62,168 bases of DNA, taken from NCBI GenBank assembly GCA_016199675.1, contig JACQGE010000117.1:1-62168 (forward strand), given 5' to 3'. Position numbers and translations under genes: made by a program. This stretch comes from Acidobacteriota bacterium (GTDB lineage Bacteria > Acidobacteriota > Terriglobia > 2-12-FULL-54-10). Shown one piece after another: positions 1-10,182 of this stretch; the stretch's first letter is position 1; each line of letters begins with the position of its first letter. The notes beneath the pieces were generated by a model. The model searched no databases and was not told the DNA's origin. It was given only the letters and a program-made list of their open reading frames with translations.

Positions 1-54
1 CTCTACCGCTACAGTCCGTCCATATCGTTTTGTTAAACCTTGTATCTCAATCAC
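1..54 (-). CDS. ABC transporter ATP-binding protein, first 18 codons only (gene runs off the window start)
   Basis: Minus-strand GTG at 54-52 is preceded by GAAGGAAGG. The translation VIEIQGLTKRYGRTVAVE matches the usual N-terminus of ABC ATPases. Confidence 0.45.
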   Translation of the reverse strand, partial: MIEIQGLTKRYGRTVAVE

Positions 55-258
55 GGTTCCTTCCTTCGGAAACGCTGCGGTCTCCCCCCTTGATCAAATA
101 TTTCTCCTCCTCATATCCTTTTTGCCGAATCTCCCCATTGGTTTTTGGCCACTCTCTTGCCATCGCAAAAACGGGGTTTCAGTAGGTGTGTTTCAGTTAG
201 ACCGGTTTCACAGATGCAATCAAAGCGGCGCTGAACCTGCCCCGAGCTCTTCGGATTG

Positions 259-293
259 GGTCTCTGCCAATCATGAACCGCCCTAGGGTTTAC
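259..293 (-). repeat. Conserved 34-nt intergenic motif, copy A
   Basis: Read on the minus strand it is TAAACCCTAGGGCGGTTCATGATTGGCAGAGACC. It is 30/34 identical to 25395-25428 (plus strand) and contains the palindrome CCCTAGGG. It lies about 205 nt upstream of the ABC ATPase start. Confidence 0.6.
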
Positions 294-657
294 TAAATTA
301 GCATACCAGAAACCAGTGGGAGCATCCAACTCCGCCCTCCCAATAGCTTAGTAGGATTGTAAATCATTCGCCAGTAGATTGGGCGAGTGAATAACAGTAT
401 ATAGATAATCTGCTTTTATTAAGAATGAATGGACGCAAAAAAACCTGAACAGGTTGCTCCAAACAACTTGCTTTTTGGGGCCGGACACGGCTCAGCCGTG
501 CAAGAAACCAAAAGACTGGTCTCTAAAAATATTGAGGCTAGGAGCCCCGTGGGGAGAATGACCACCTCAAAGATCTTGCATTAAGAAGAACATAGCCGCA
601 CTTTCGTTGCGGGCTCCCGCTGACGCCCTCCCGACCCCGTTGTCTTTCTTCAGCAGC

Positions 658-981
658 CTACTCCACCGTCACCTGAATCGGCTCAACGTAAATGCTTTCT
701 TTGACTTCCAAGGCAAGGTTATAGGAACCTGGTGTAACCTGGGGAACCTTTATTGTGATTTTATCTGCTGCCCGTGTTACAACCTCTGCGGCATAGTTTT
801 TTCCATTGTTGGCAAACATAATCCCAACGGACTTCTCGCCCAGATTTTCCCCCATTACAGTCAAAGTTTCTCCCACCTTGCAGGTTGCCGGCTCTACTCC
901 TGTAAGGCGAGGCCCTTGCGCCATCGCAAAAGCATAAAATAAAATCACAGCCCACAATAACTGAAACCCTACCTTGTGCAT
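658..981 (-). CDS. Small secreted IPT/TIG (Ig-like) domain protein
   Basis: 107-aa ORF with a hydrophobic signal-like N-terminus (LLWAVILFYAFAMA). The rest resembles one IPT/TIG domain (LTGVEPATCKVGETLTVMGENLG...). Confidence 0.55.
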   Translation of the reverse strand: MHKVGFQLLWAVILFYAFAMAQGPRLTGVEPATCKVGETLTVMGENLGEKSVGIMFANNGKNYAAEVVTRAADKITIKVPQVTPGSYNLALEVKESIYVEPIQVTVE

Positions 982-1342
982 GATTTATCCCCTCCTTTGT
1001 CGTTTTGCTCGTCGTGGGGGAGAGGGTTCCCATTTCTGAAAAAAACGAAGGCTCGCGAACTCCTGGGGTTCAGCCCCCGGCAGTCGGTGACAGATTGGAA
1101 TCTTTCAGAATCGAAAAAGAAAATTCGTCGTCACTAGAATGGAAGGTGCAAGGTTCTGATTTGCGGCAATGCTGGAAGGAGTAGCTGACTCCGCCCTGTT
1201 CATGGTTCCCCCTCCACGACTGTTTTTATGGCTGCATGATATACCGCTCCCCTGGATGCTGTCAATTTTAAAAGTTGCTCCGCTCTCGAGACGGCCTCTC
1301 CTTGTCAAATGGGGGCTGCTGCCATGCTTGCCTGGTTATTCT

Positions 1343-4300
1343 TCAGAAAGTCTTGCGCCTCTTGATATCCGCAGCATAGCCACCATTTTCATCGCGGGTC
1401 CCCGTGATGGACAATCCTCGATTTACCTGATATTCCAATTGGATGCGCTCACCTTGGGTCGAAGTAACGTCCGTGGCAAAAGTGAAGAGAAGTTTGCTGG
1501 TCACGCGTTGCTGAATGGCCAGCCGCGCCCCGAGATTCTGCTGGTTCCCGCCAAGGGTAGGATCAATGGAAAGATGAGAAAGGCCCGCCAGCCGTTCGAT
1601 CTGGCCGCTGACTTGGCTGCTAAGACCTTTCGCAAGCACTGACTGTGCTCCCAGGCTGGGAGGTGTGCTTGCAGCGCCATCCCCCGCTGTTGCGATTTTT
1701 CCGAAAGCCAGCAAATTAATGATATCCACCGGGGGCAGCGGAGGATCGGAGGTATAGGCGGTTCGCAAATTATCAACCGGCCCGATAAAGGTCATATTGA
1801 GGTCGTACTGATTGACTCTCGTTCGAACCGCGAGATTAACCACCGGCTCCGTGCGGAAGGGATTCGTGAAATTGATGACGCCTTGCTGCACTTCATACCG
1901 GTGGCCTAAAAAAAACACTTCACCGCCCGTGAGGTTCGCGCGACCCAAGAGGACCGGCTGCGCCGCCGTCCCGCGCAGGCTGAGATTGCCGGTACCTTGG
2001 ATGCTCAATTTGGCGCTTTCCAAGCCCAGTGCTTCTGTGGCAATGATCGCAACATTGAGCCTCAAGTTTTGCTGAAATCCCTCGCTCGGCGGAGGCGAGG
2101 ACGTCCCACGGAACTGGTCAATGAAGCTGGCTAAATCAAAGTCTCTCGTGAAAGAGAGCCGATCCACCAGCATGCGCCCGCTGAGAACGGCCGCCTCCGT
2201 ATCTCCGGTCATCGCCAGTTGACTGTTCAATACCGTCCGAACTCCATAGGGGTAGCGCAGGCGCACGCCATTCGCCGTCAACCCGAGATTGAATTGCATT
2301 TTGGATTCCAGCGTCACGGAACCGGATGCCGATAACGTGCCGCCTCCGCTGTGCCCGCTCAGTTGATTGATTAGGATGCGGTTGTTGCTCAGTGAAAGTT
2401 CTCCATTCAGCTCCTCGGCCCCTAGCGGAGCACCTGGCGACTGGAAGGTCGCGTCGATGATCCGCACTTCTCCCTGGATGTTAGGACGCGTCTTGTTCCC
2501 TTGTGCCCGAACATCTAATTTCACTTGCCCGGAAGTTTCCATTTCGGGACGCAGTATCTGCACAATTTGCAGGTCCAGTGTTCCTCTTGCCGAGCCGTTC
2601 AGCCTCCCTTCGCCGCGCAGATTTGCTGTGCCTTCGAATTCGAGGTCCGTGCCCGTTCCTTTTATCTGGACCCGCTGCAACGTAAAAACCTCATTTCGGT
2701 AATCCAGGCGGATTGGCTTCACGTTCGCGATCTGAATACCCTGGTGGCTCATCGTCAACGTGGGAATTTCAATTTGGGCTTCCAGTCGCGCGGGATTCTT
2801 CAACGGCCCTTTGAGAGAAGCATGGATTTCTGTCTGGCCCAGGAATTCGCTCATGCGGGGCAAGTATTTGGCCAGAACGATTCCCAACGGCAAGCTCCGC
2901 GCGTCTAGTTTTGCCGTAGTGTCATAGTCGCGCGTCAGGGCAATACCCGCTGTTGCCTGAAGTTCGCCGTCTTCCACCTTCGAATTCAGAATAAGATTCG
3001 CGTGTTTTTCCGCCACTCTTACCTGCGCGTTGACATCCGTCATTGTTTGTTCCCGCATCTGTAATTGTGGTATCCGCGCTGTAACTTCAAGCTGCGGCGC
3101 GCGGAGAGTGCCCTGGCCCTGCCCCGATAAGGTCAAGCTTCCGGCCATGTCCAAATTACTTGCCCGGATCGCCTCTACGTCCTCAAGCTGTATGTCTTTG
3201 GCTTCGATTTGAACCTCGTATCTTTCATTTTGCGGGTAATAAGTTAGATTCCCTGTAGCCTTGCCCGCTGTCATTTGGAGAGCAACCATGGAATGTAATG
3301 AATCGCCATTCCCCCGCACTTCGACCGACAGGCCCTCAACGGGCTGCTCCCACAATGTTGCTTCCGTAAGTTGCAGGGATGCTTGCCCCTCTGGGAGAAG
3401 CTGCGACCCACGAATAGAGATATCCGCCGTTAGCGCCCCTGTGACCGGATAGTTGAGACCTAGCAGATGTTCCAATTCGCTCATTGGAAATTTCCTGGTG
3501 GAAGCCTGAATTGTGATTGGCTGGGAAGAACTGTAGTCCCAATCTTGCAGCCCCGCGCTGAAATCGAATCGGATACGGCTCTGGGCAATCGTTTCGAGAT
3601 AACCGTTGTGCAGAGCCACCGACGATGGGCTGATTTCAAATTCAGTTCGCAGCAGGCGAACTTGCTCTCGCCGGAGCTGGAGATGATTGACCGTAAGCTG
3701 GCCGACGAAGCGGAGTGCTTCCGTTGGTCCCTGGATTTGTCCGTTGAGTGTTGCCGTGCCGCGAAGCCCCAAAGGTTCTGGGGTCCGTGTCGGCTGGGAT
3801 TTATTGGCTGAGGCGTTTCGGAAGCTCAGCGCCAGGAGGTCGAGTTCGTGCAAGTCACTGCTGTTTGCCTCGATTCGGATGCTGGACCGCTCGCTGGCAA
3901 TCCCGTGGATGCGAATCTGCGTGTGGGGTGTCCGCAGGTAAGATTGATTCACGGATAACGTCTTGCGAGCGCCATCGTACCTCAGGTGAGCGACTCCATT
4001 GACGGGAATGGTCGTGGTCTTGTTTCCTGCGCCTGCGGTGGGTAAGGGGGTGCTGGCACGAATGACGGCGTCGGATCCAAGTTGCAGGTTTTCCATGCTG
4101 CCGCGCCAGCTTGCCTCAATCGTTCCATTCAGATCGCCGCTAATGGGAGGCATCCCGTCCGGGGGTTTTTGGGCAAGCGCGTTGCGCACAGCATCCAACG
4201 AAATGGAGCGCAGCGAGGCTTTGAGGCGCGACTCCGAGTTCTCTGCAAGATGGCGCATAGTGAATTCGCCCCTCAACTCGCCGCCTAGAAGATTCGTTTG

Positions 4301-5317
4301 TAAGCCATCTACAACGAGATTGCCTTTCTCTAGCCGGTAGTGACCTTGAAATTCCCGGAAATCGCTGCTGACCTGTGGCAATCGCAGCGCCAGCATTGGA
4401 CTGTTTAAATGACCATCAATCAACAAGTCGTCCAGAAACCGAGTCTGATCGCTGGTTTTCTGGTAATGTAGGGAACCGTTCGTCGTTATCTGCCCCAGCG
4501 GGAGGGAAGCCTGCTTTAGAATGCTGCGGAGTTCCTGCGTGGAGATGGTCGCGTCAAACGTGCCTTCCACCGTTGGATTCCCGTAATCGGCCAAATTTCC
4601 GCGAAACAAAATTTCCGACAAGGCAGTGCTCACCAGAAATCGCTCCACTTCAAGCCCGGATCGGGAAGCAAGGAAGGTGGCTTCTAAGTTATGTTCAAAA
4701 GGATTGAAGTTGGTGTACTGAAGTAGCCCGCGATGGTAGCGGAGGGAACCCTCGTAAGTGTTCGTGAGAATGTTGAATTGAATTTCCGTTTGGAGATCGT
4801 GGAGTTCGGCGCTAAAGGGGGTTCGGCGGTCATTGTAATACAACTCCCCTCGTTCTATCTGGAACTGCTTTACCGCAAGATCGAAAATATTGACCGGCTT
4901 CCGGTCCTTCTCGGGGACTTCCGGCCGGGGAATGTTCGTGGTCCCGTCTTCTCCAACCAGAAAATGGATCACCGGACGGTCAATCACCACCTCGTTCAAA
5001 TCCACCTTGCCTCGCAGCACTGAAATGATCTTGAGGCCGATGCTGAGCCGGTCGGCTGCGAACAGCGGCGCCTCGGGATCGGATTCGGTGCCGTGAATCG
5101 CCATCTGATAAACGTCAGCTCGAAAACCGAACCAGTGAAAATCATAATCGGCAATTTCGACCCGTCCCCCAGTGGCTTCCTGGGTCTTTTGGATAATCTT
5201 CGCTAAGACGTAATTGTGAAGGGGACGGGTCCGCACAAGATAGATAATTCCAATTCCTATTGCCAAAAGAATCAGGGCCAGGCTCAAGGACCAACGGATT
5301 ACTTTTTTGTTCGCCAT
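1343..5317 (-). CDS. tamB: Translocation/assembly module protein TamB (AsmA-like, DUF490 C-terminus)
   Basis: Roughly 1324-aa ORF just downstream of the Omp85 gene. It has an N-terminal membrane anchor, a long beta-rich body and a TamB-type C-terminus. Start set at ATG 5317 (AGAGGA upstream); TTG 5341 is possible. Confidence 0.85.
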   Translation of the reverse strand: MANKKVIRWSLSLALILLAIGIGIIYLVRTRPLHNYVLAKIIQKTQEATGGRVEIADYDFHWFGFRADVYQMAIHGTESDPEAPLFAADRLSIGLKIISVLRGKVDLNEVVIDRPVIHFLVGEDGTTNIPRPEVPEKDRKPVNIFDLAVKQFQIERGELYYNDRRTPFSAELHDLQTEIQFNILTNTYEGSLRYHRGLLQYTNFNPFEHNLEATFLASRSGLEVERFLVSTALSEILFRGNLADYGNPTVEGTFDATISTQELRSILKQASLPLGQITTNGSLHYQKTSDQTRFLDDLLIDGHLNSPMLALRLPQVSSDFREFQGHYRLEKGNLVVDGLQTNLLGGELRGEFTMRHLAENSESRLKASLRSISLDAVRNALAQKPPDGMPPISGDLNGTIEASWRGSMENLQLGSDAVIRASTPLPTAGAGNKTTTIPVNGVAHLRYDGARKTLSVNQSYLRTPHTQIRIHGIASERSSIRIEANSSDLHELDLLALSFRNASANKSQPTRTPEPLGLRGTATLNGQIQGPTEALRFVGQLTVNHLQLRREQVRLLRTEFEISPSSVALHNGYLETIAQSRIRFDFSAGLQDWDYSSSQPITIQASTRKFPMSELEHLLGLNYPVTGALTADISIRGSQLLPEGQASLQLTEATLWEQPVEGLSVEVRGNGDSLHSMVALQMTAGKATGNLTYYPQNERYEVQIEAKDIQLEDVEAIRASNLDMAGSLTLSGQGQGTLRAPQLEVTARIPQLQMREQTMTDVNAQVRVAEKHANLILNSKVEDGELQATAGIALTRDYDTTAKLDARSLPLGIVLAKYLPRMSEFLGQTEIHASLKGPLKNPARLEAQIEIPTLTMSHQGIQIANVKPIRLDYRNEVFTLQRVQIKGTGTDLEFEGTANLRGEGRLNGSARGTLDLQIVQILRPEMETSGQVKLDVRAQGNKTRPNIQGEVRIIDATFQSPGAPLGAEELNGELSLSNNRILINQLSGHSGGGTLSASGSVTLESKMQFNLGLTANGVRLRYPYGVRTVLNSQLAMTGDTEAAVLSGRMLVDRLSFTRDFDLASFIDQFRGTSSPPPSEGFQQNLRLNVAIIATEALGLESAKLSIQGTGNLSLRGTAAQPVLLGRANLTGGEVFFLGHRYEVQQGVINFTNPFRTEPVVNLAVRTRVNQYDLNMTFIGPVDNLRTAYTSDPPLPPVDIINLLAFGKIATAGDGAASTPPSLGAQSVLAKGLSSQVSGQIERLAGLSHLSIDPTLGGNQQNLGARLAIQQRVTSKLLFTFATDVTSTQGERIQLEYQVNRGLSITGTRDENGGYAADIKRRKTF

Positions 5318-5359
5318 GATATTCCTCTTTCTGACCCGCAAAAAGGCCTCGAACTGCTT

Positions 5360-8300
5360 TTAGAAAGCCTGCCCTATGGTTACGAAGTACTGATACGCCT
5401 TCATCCCGGGGAGTGGTTGCAGGTTTCGTCCCACATCGAACCGAATTGGTCCTACAGGCGTGTCATACCTTAGTCCGATTCCCACGGTGTTGCTGTAATC
5501 ATTGAAAAAATGCTTGAAACCGATTCGTTCGTAAACATTGCCGCCGTCATAAAACGCCACGCCTCCCAGCCCTTTCTTAACCGGGATTGGAAAACGTATT
5601 TCCGAATTGATGATGAATACTGCATTGCCGCCCATGGGCACGGTAATGTTCGCGCAGGTGGATGGATCATTCGGATCATTACAGACCGGCACGATCCGCT
5701 GAGGCCCTGCGCCATTGAAAGGAAACCCGCGCAGACTATTGGCGCCGCCGGAGAAGAAGCGTTTGCTGACGGGGACTTCGCTTTCTGCGAAGGGCTTTGC
5801 AATACCCAACCGCGCATTGCTCGCCCACACCAACGAGGGCTTGATCTTCCGGTAGTAGGCCGTTTGGCCGAGCAGGCGCACAAAGTTTGCGCTGGAGCCT
5901 ATCGCTTTCGGATTGATGCCGAAATCTAAAGTCTGGTAAATGCCCCTCTGCGCGTCGAGCGGCTTATCGCGGGTATCACGGACATAGGAAGCCGAAAACG
6001 TGGAGAGGCGCACTGCGCGGTCTGAGGGCAATACCAGTTCTGGAATCAACAACTCGGACAACGTTGAGCGGCTGAAGTTATAGCGAAAGAGCAGGGTCAT
6101 GGTCCTTTTGATGTTCAAGAAGCGCTCGACCTGAAAAGAGACTTCGCCTAGACGTTCTGTAAAGATGGGATTCTCGCTGGTCCTCTCGCCGGATAGACTC
6201 AGCAAAGAATCCCAATTCCAGCGCGAGCGCAAAAGATAAGGGTTGGCATAGGAAAAGGACAGGCGCTGGTCCAACCGAGTAACGAGAGCCGCAACCGCGG
6301 CGGTCTCACCCTCGCCGCGCAGATTGCGCCGGCTATACTCTATCGAACCTCTCGGACTGGCGAACCGCCTCTGTGTTGTCTTAAACGTGCTGGGCAGTGT
6401 GACCAGAAGCGAGCCGGGCAAAGCCACGGACCCCGCAGGCACGCTGGCTGCCCGCGTACTCATTTCAAATCCCAATCCATAAGTTAATGTTTTTTTCTTG
6501 GCTTCATGAACCTTCACCAGTACTTTTTCCTTGCTTTGGTCTGTGATGGGCCGCAGGGGGCTTACGCTGGCCCAATCAAACAACCCGGCTTCATAAAGAA
6601 GGCTTTCAGCCGCCAGCAGATTTCCTTGGCTGAGCGGCTGCCTTTCTTGAATCTTGATGATCCGGTCAATAAACCACGGCTGGGTATGCTCGGCCCCAGC
6701 CAGAACCACGTCGGAAATAAGAGTCTGGGGGCCTTCTTCCACCTTATAGACGACATCCACCTCATGATCGCTGGACAAAGGCTGGACCGTGGATTCAAAA
6801 GCGCCATCCAAGTAACCCAGATCAAGATAGGTGGCCATAATCCGATCCCGATCCTGGTTCAGTAACCGCTGAGAGTAGGGCTTATCAGGCCCTAAATTCA
6901 GCCCCTCGGGCGCCAGCGTACCGATCCATTGCGTATCGTTCCCCTCTATGCGGAAGTCATTCACAAGCGTCTGCTTCCCTTCGGTAATCTTGAAACGGAC
7001 ATACAGATGTGATTCCTCATCCTCCACCCGGGGTTGCACTTGCGTATCAGGAAATCCGGCATCCCGATAGTAGTGGGTCAAGTTCTCCGCGCTTTTTTGG
7101 ACGAGATCCTCGCTGAACCGGCCGCGCGTCAGGAAGCCTGCCGGCCGAACGGCCACCAGAGTCAAAAGAACTTCATCGTCAAAATAGCGATTCCCTTGAA
7201 CGGATACTTCCATCACGCGATGTCGGTCCCCGGTTTCAATTTGATAGATGAGAATAATCTTCGTAGCTTGCTTCGGATGCTCCGCCCGATAGATAGCCTG
7301 GGATTCCTCCTCTACCTCTGAGTTCACTCGGACGTTGAAGTAACCCTTCGCCTGAAAGTGAGAAATAAGGTTTCGCTCACCTTCTTCTACTAAATCTCGA
7401 TCAAAGGAATTCTCTTCGTAAATCGGGACCAAACGCCGCAGCGTCCCCTGGGATACTCTGGCCCCTTCGGTTCGAACCTCTATGGCGGGGCCGGCTGTTA
7501 CCTGAAAGATGATCTCAGCCCGATTGGTGTCGGGATTATAGCGAGGAGGTTCCAGGCGTACGTCTTCCGCTAAACGATTCATTCTGTTTAAAGTATCGCG
7601 GATAAAAACAACAGCAGATTTCAGCCGCTCTGGCGCGTAGGTCTTCCCAGATTTTATATAGGCATTCTTGAAGCGGGCGCGAAAAGAATGGAGCGCGTTT
7701 CCGACACGCGCGGCCTCTTCCGCCGGCAGCCCCGTTATCTTCACGGTCCCGAATTTCGCTCGCTGATTCAGAGTAACGTGGAAAATCAAGTGCGCTAGCT
7801 GGTTGGCTTCGCCAAACTCGGTCTCGGTGCGCACGGTGCTCAGAAAATAGCCGCTGCTCACCAAGAATTGCTGCAAAGCCGCCTCGGCTTCCCTGATCCG
7901 ATCCTGATCGTACAGTTCCTGAGGCGAATAATTCACCACCTGTAACAGTCGAGAATACTCAAAGTTTTTTTCGGTGCCTGGGAAGCTGATTATTCCGATA
8001 TAGAAAGCGGGCTGAAGCACAAACTCTACTTGCAAACCCGTAGCCAATGGTGTCACTTTGCGATCAATTTTGACAAATAGACCGGTTTGTTGCAGTGCCT
8101 CGATGCTGCTTTGAATCTTTTCAATGGAGTATGGCTCTCCAGTCTTTTGCTGAATCAGCGAGCGCAAACGTTCCACATTAATGCTGGGCCGCGCCACCAA
8201 ATCCACGACGGCCACTTTCTGACCTTCGTAAGATGCTTGCTCTTCGGATTCCTGAGCCTGAAGCAGTGCTGGAGAGGAAGCAGCCATTAGGAATACAACG

Positions 8301-8791
8301 ATGAGGAACCAGGCGCGGAAGACAGGCCGGTGGTGAGATCGGTTCGGGCCGTTTTTTCCAAATAGGACGGCGAGCACGGTGCGCACGCCCGCGGAGAGGG
8401 CTTTGATCTCACGGACTGGACGGACGATCCCGCTCTCTACTTCCGCGCTAACCTTTTCCACCCGCGTAAGGACATCGCCGACGACGTGGTCAGCGCGCGC
8501 AATCTCTCTGCGAGAAGCTTCTGTAGCCTCCTTCGCCACAACTTTCATGCGATCAGCAACTTCGGCCAGGTCCTTGGAAATATGCTGGAGTGTCTCTAAG
8601 GTCTCGCGAGCCTTGGCGGTGATCTCCTGCGCAGCGGGGGAAGTAAGAGACGCGGCAAGGAACTCCTTGAGTCTTCCTCTGACACGTTGCACTCCGAAGA
8701 AGAGAGTCAACAGGAGACTAATCTGTAGTGTTACCGATACAACAGTAGCCACGGCCAGAATAATCAGCCAAAATTTAATGGTAGGATCCAT
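5360..8791 (-). CDS. bamA: Omp85/BamA-family outer membrane protein assembly factor with an unusual N-terminal extension
   Basis: 1143-aa ORF with POTRA-like repeats after residue ~180. The C-terminal Omp85 beta-barrel ends ...YQYFVTIGQAF. It is paired with tamB. The true start is uncertain (ATG 8791 versus internal GTG 8386/8377). Confidence 0.85.
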   Translation of the reverse strand: MDPTIKFWLIILAVATVVSVTLQISLLLTLFFGVQRVRGRLKEFLAASLTSPAAQEITAKARETLETLQHISKDLAEVADRMKVVAKEATEASRREIARADHVVGDVLTRVEKVSAEVESGIVRPVREIKALSAGVRTVLAVLFGKNGPNRSHHRPVFRAWFLIVVFLMAASSPALLQAQESEEQASYEGQKVAVVDLVARPSINVERLRSLIQQKTGEPYSIEKIQSSIEALQQTGLFVKIDRKVTPLATGLQVEFVLQPAFYIGIISFPGTEKNFEYSRLLQVVNYSPQELYDQDRIREAEAALQQFLVSSGYFLSTVRTETEFGEANQLAHLIFHVTLNQRAKFGTVKITGLPAEEAARVGNALHSFRARFKNAYIKSGKTYAPERLKSAVVFIRDTLNRMNRLAEDVRLEPPRYNPDTNRAEIIFQVTAGPAIEVRTEGARVSQGTLRRLVPIYEENSFDRDLVEEGERNLISHFQAKGYFNVRVNSEVEEESQAIYRAEHPKQATKIILIYQIETGDRHRVMEVSVQGNRYFDDEVLLTLVAVRPAGFLTRGRFSEDLVQKSAENLTHYYRDAGFPDTQVQPRVEDEESHLYVRFKITEGKQTLVNDFRIEGNDTQWIGTLAPEGLNLGPDKPYSQRLLNQDRDRIMATYLDLGYLDGAFESTVQPLSSDHEVDVVYKVEEGPQTLISDVVLAGAEHTQPWFIDRIIKIQERQPLSQGNLLAAESLLYEAGLFDWASVSPLRPITDQSKEKVLVKVHEAKKKTLTYGLGFEMSTRAASVPAGSVALPGSLLVTLPSTFKTTQRRFASPRGSIEYSRRNLRGEGETAAVAALVTRLDQRLSFSYANPYLLRSRWNWDSLLSLSGERTSENPIFTERLGEVSFQVERFLNIKRTMTLLFRYNFSRSTLSELLIPELVLPSDRAVRLSTFSASYVRDTRDKPLDAQRGIYQTLDFGINPKAIGSSANFVRLLGQTAYYRKIKPSLVWASNARLGIAKPFAESEVPVSKRFFSGGANSLRGFPFNGAGPQRIVPVCNDPNDPSTCANITVPMGGNAVFIINSEIRFPIPVKKGLGGVAFYDGGNVYERIGFKHFFNDYSNTVGIGLRYDTPVGPIRFDVGRNLQPLPGMKAYQYFVTIGQAF

Positions 8792-9749
8792 AAGCCCTCG
8801 ATTCCTGGTGGGGGAAATTTTGGGGGAGTTGCTCTAAACGTTCCGGCGGTTTCCGGGTCGGAGAACGTCCGGCTGCAGCCCGCATTTTCCACAATTCGGA
8901 ATTGATTTCCGCTCCAATCAAAATGATGAGTCCAATGATGTAAACCCAAACCATGAGAATGACCGATGTGGCCAGCGCGCCGTAGGTCTTGTCATAGGAG
9001 GCCAAGTAACGCACGTAAAAATCAAAGCCCAGAGTGACGGGAAGCCATGCCAGGACGGCAAATAGGCTTCCGGGATTAATCCAACGCCAGGGGCGCTTCA
9101 AGTTCGGCAATATGTGGTCCACAACGGCTATTCCGATGGCTAGCAAGACCAGAGAAAGAATCCAGCGACCTATGTGCCAAAGACCCAGCAGCAAAGCGGT
9201 GAACCCCATTCGAGTCACGAGCCATTCATTCAACCAATCTCCCACAGCCAGGAGCGCGAAGGACCCGAGGAAGGAAAACGAGAATACAAAGAGCATGAGG
9301 AAAGCAATGGACAATCTTTTAAAAAAATTGCGGGTCTCTTTGACTTCATAAGCCACGTTCAGAGAGTTCATCAGACTCAGAAGGCCAACACTGGCCGCCC
9401 AAGCCGTACCAAGCATGCCGAAGGAAAGAAAACCTTTACGTCCGTGCATCAAGCCAGTCACGGTTTCAAAGACGAACTGCTGCGAGTTTGCTGGAAGATA
9501 AATCGTGATCCACCGAAGAATCTTTTCTCCCAGATCTGTGAATGGCAAGGTTCCCACCAGCGCCGCGAGAAAGATGAGGAAGGGAAAAAACGCGAGGACA
9601 AAGTAATAGGACATTTGCGCGGCCAATCCCATTACATTATCTGCATCTATTTCATTCCAAATGCGTTGAATGAGTTTTTTTGTGGAAACGCGCTGGCTCG
9701 TCGAGCCTGTATCGTCCAACATCATTCCGACACTCGCATCTGCTCTCAT
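8775..9749 (-). CDS. YihY/BrkB family membrane protein
   Basis: 324 aa and polytopic. It carries the family signature ...DNVMGLAAQMSYYFVLAFFPFLIFL.... It overlaps the ATG at 8791 by 17 nt. Confidence 0.8.
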   Translation of the reverse strand: MRADASVGMMLDDTGSTSQRVSTKKLIQRIWNEIDADNVMGLAAQMSYYFVLAFFPFLIFLAALVGTLPFTDLGEKILRWITIYLPANSQQFVFETVTGLMHGRKGFLSFGMLGTAWAASVGLLSLMNSLNVAYEVKETRNFFKRLSIAFLMLFVFSFSFLGSFALLAVGDWLNEWLVTRMGFTALLLGLWHIGRWILSLVLLAIGIAVVDHILPNLKRPWRWINPGSLFAVLAWLPVTLGFDFYVRYLASYDKTYGALATSVILMVWVYIIGLIILIGAEINSELWKMRAAAGRSPTRKPPERLEQLPQNFPHQESRAYGSYH

Positions 9750-9818
9750 GCTCTCAGGCCGTTCTGCCAGAGCACATCAAAATATCGGGTTCTAGCCCTT
9801 TGGTTTCTGCAATCCCCC

Positions 9819-9830
9819 GCTCGGAATGAC
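9819..9830. repeat. Single-arm fragment of the REP-like repeat seen at 59153-59250
   Basis: GCTCGGAATGAC followed by AGC, compared with GCTCAGAATGAC followed by AGC at 59239-59253. Confidence 0.4.
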
Positions 9831-10182
9831 AGCCTTTTGGGAATGGGTCCAGGACAGAGACTCTCCCTCGCGTTGCTCGAAGTGGCCGTGGCCTAATTCG
9901 CATATAGCAGCCTCGTTGGGGGATAATTCAGCGTAGAGCAGCCATAAAAATTTTCTAATATGACGCTTCCCGGTACAAAGTAACTAAAAGCGCGCTCTGT
10001 TCTATGGGCATATAGTTGCAACCGCCATACCAAAACATTCCGGATACGCCCACTCACATTCAAAACAGGTTGGACTTTTTGATTTAGCTAGAATGAAATA
10101 GGACGAAGAGTACACTGATTCCCCTAAGAGAATCGGTATTCCTCTGATTTGAAAATGAAATGTTCGGCTATTAGTTAAGGAC

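Noticed and set aside
55-293. Possible cobalamin or other riboswitch in the ~200-nt leader of the ABC ATPase gene
   Set aside because: The GGCAGAGACC segment resembles part of a B12 box only loosely. I could not find the other conserved cobalamin-riboswitch elements. I left it as an unexplained leader, and a covariance-model scan would settle it.
111-329. 72-aa ORF upstream of the truncated ABC ATPase gene
   Set aside because: It has no ribosome-binding site or motif. It spans the conserved 34-nt motif and the probable 5' leader. Its apparent similarity to ORF 25286-25483 (NPRAxHDW) is just the translated DNA repeat.
9174-9896. Long antisense ORFs opposite well-supported genes. This one is an example; others are 10267-10941, 24575-25276, 27331-28050, 42031-43002, 57906-58634 and 20909-21637.
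   Set aside because: Each lies entirely opposite a gene with clear family motifs. They have skewed Arg/Pro/Gly/Ser composition, as expected by chance in GC-rich DNA.
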